Below are positions 63,572 through 64,000 of a DNA stretch of 64,000 nt, piece by piece. The position numbers were made by a program, and so were the translations under genes. Position 1 is the stretch's first letter; every line of letters begins with the position of its first letter. A model generated the notes under the pieces. It was not told the DNA's origin, searched no databases, and worked only from the letters and a program-made list of their open reading frames with translations. This DNA is from Octopus sinensis (lineage: Eukaryota): NCBI RefSeq assembly GCF_006345805.1, contig NC_043006.1, positions 40,982,001 through 41,046,000 of the forward strand. Reading direction: 5' to 3'.

Positions 63572-63791
63572 CCGGAGTAAACACATAAATGTGAAACAAG
63601 GTGGAAAAAAGAGTACTCAAATACCAGTGGTAGAGTAATATGCTTTATTTAAAGCAGCAGAAAATTCAACAAAACTGTTACTCTGAGTTTCCGTTGCCGT
63701 TCGTCGGACAGTTTCAAAAACTGTCCGACGAATGGCATCAGGAAACTCAGAGTAACAGGTTTTGTTGAATTTTCTGCTGCTTTAAATAAAG
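63572..63791 (-). mobile_element. Second copy of the palindromic hammerhead-bearing element
   Basis: Arms 63642-63714 and 63718-63791; each reads ctgt-CCGACGA-stem II-GAAA-ctcagaGTA-acag (core U4-to-C variant). Confidence 0.75.
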
Positions 63792-64000
63792 TATATATAT
63801 ATATATGTGTATATGTATATGCATATGCATATATATATAATATATATATATTTAAATATATACATGTATATATATATATATATGCATAGGTAGATATATA
63901 TATTTATACATATGTGTATATATGTATACATTTGAATATAGATACATATGTATAGATATACATAGATAGGCACACTCATACAGAAAGGCATACGCGCGCG

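Overview
AT-rich eukaryotic DNA dense in microsatellites, most likely from an octopus; this is inferred from the tRNA-derived SINE families and repeat landscape, not proven. Almost all of the window is repeat or decayed transposon sequence. One convincing host gene is present: a single coding exon on the minus strand (17926-18804) for a 292-aa protein with a signal peptide and no family I can recognise. Identifiable mobile elements are three or more tRNA-derived SINE families (about 40 copies), four 5'-truncated R4/Dong-type retrotransposon ends inside (TAA)n tracts, a 494-bp non-coding element at (TAA)n tracts, Tx1/L1, RTE, Penelope-like and other LINE relics, hAT, Tigger, mariner, Tc1-like and possibly piggyBac relics, several MITEs and one Helitron. 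Best leads: (i) palindromic back-to-back hammerhead-ribozyme motifs, one per strand, in a (TA)n-embedded element at 57.6 and 63.7 kb; (ii) the orphan secreted or GPI-type gene; (iii) a (TAA)n-targeting element community confined mostly to the first 15 kb, part of which is duplicated at 23.6-24.3 kb; (iv) several fold-back inverted duplications. Nearly all other ORFs in the supplied track are microsatellite or SINE artefacts. Alignments and coordinates were read by eye; ends of degenerate elements are approximate.
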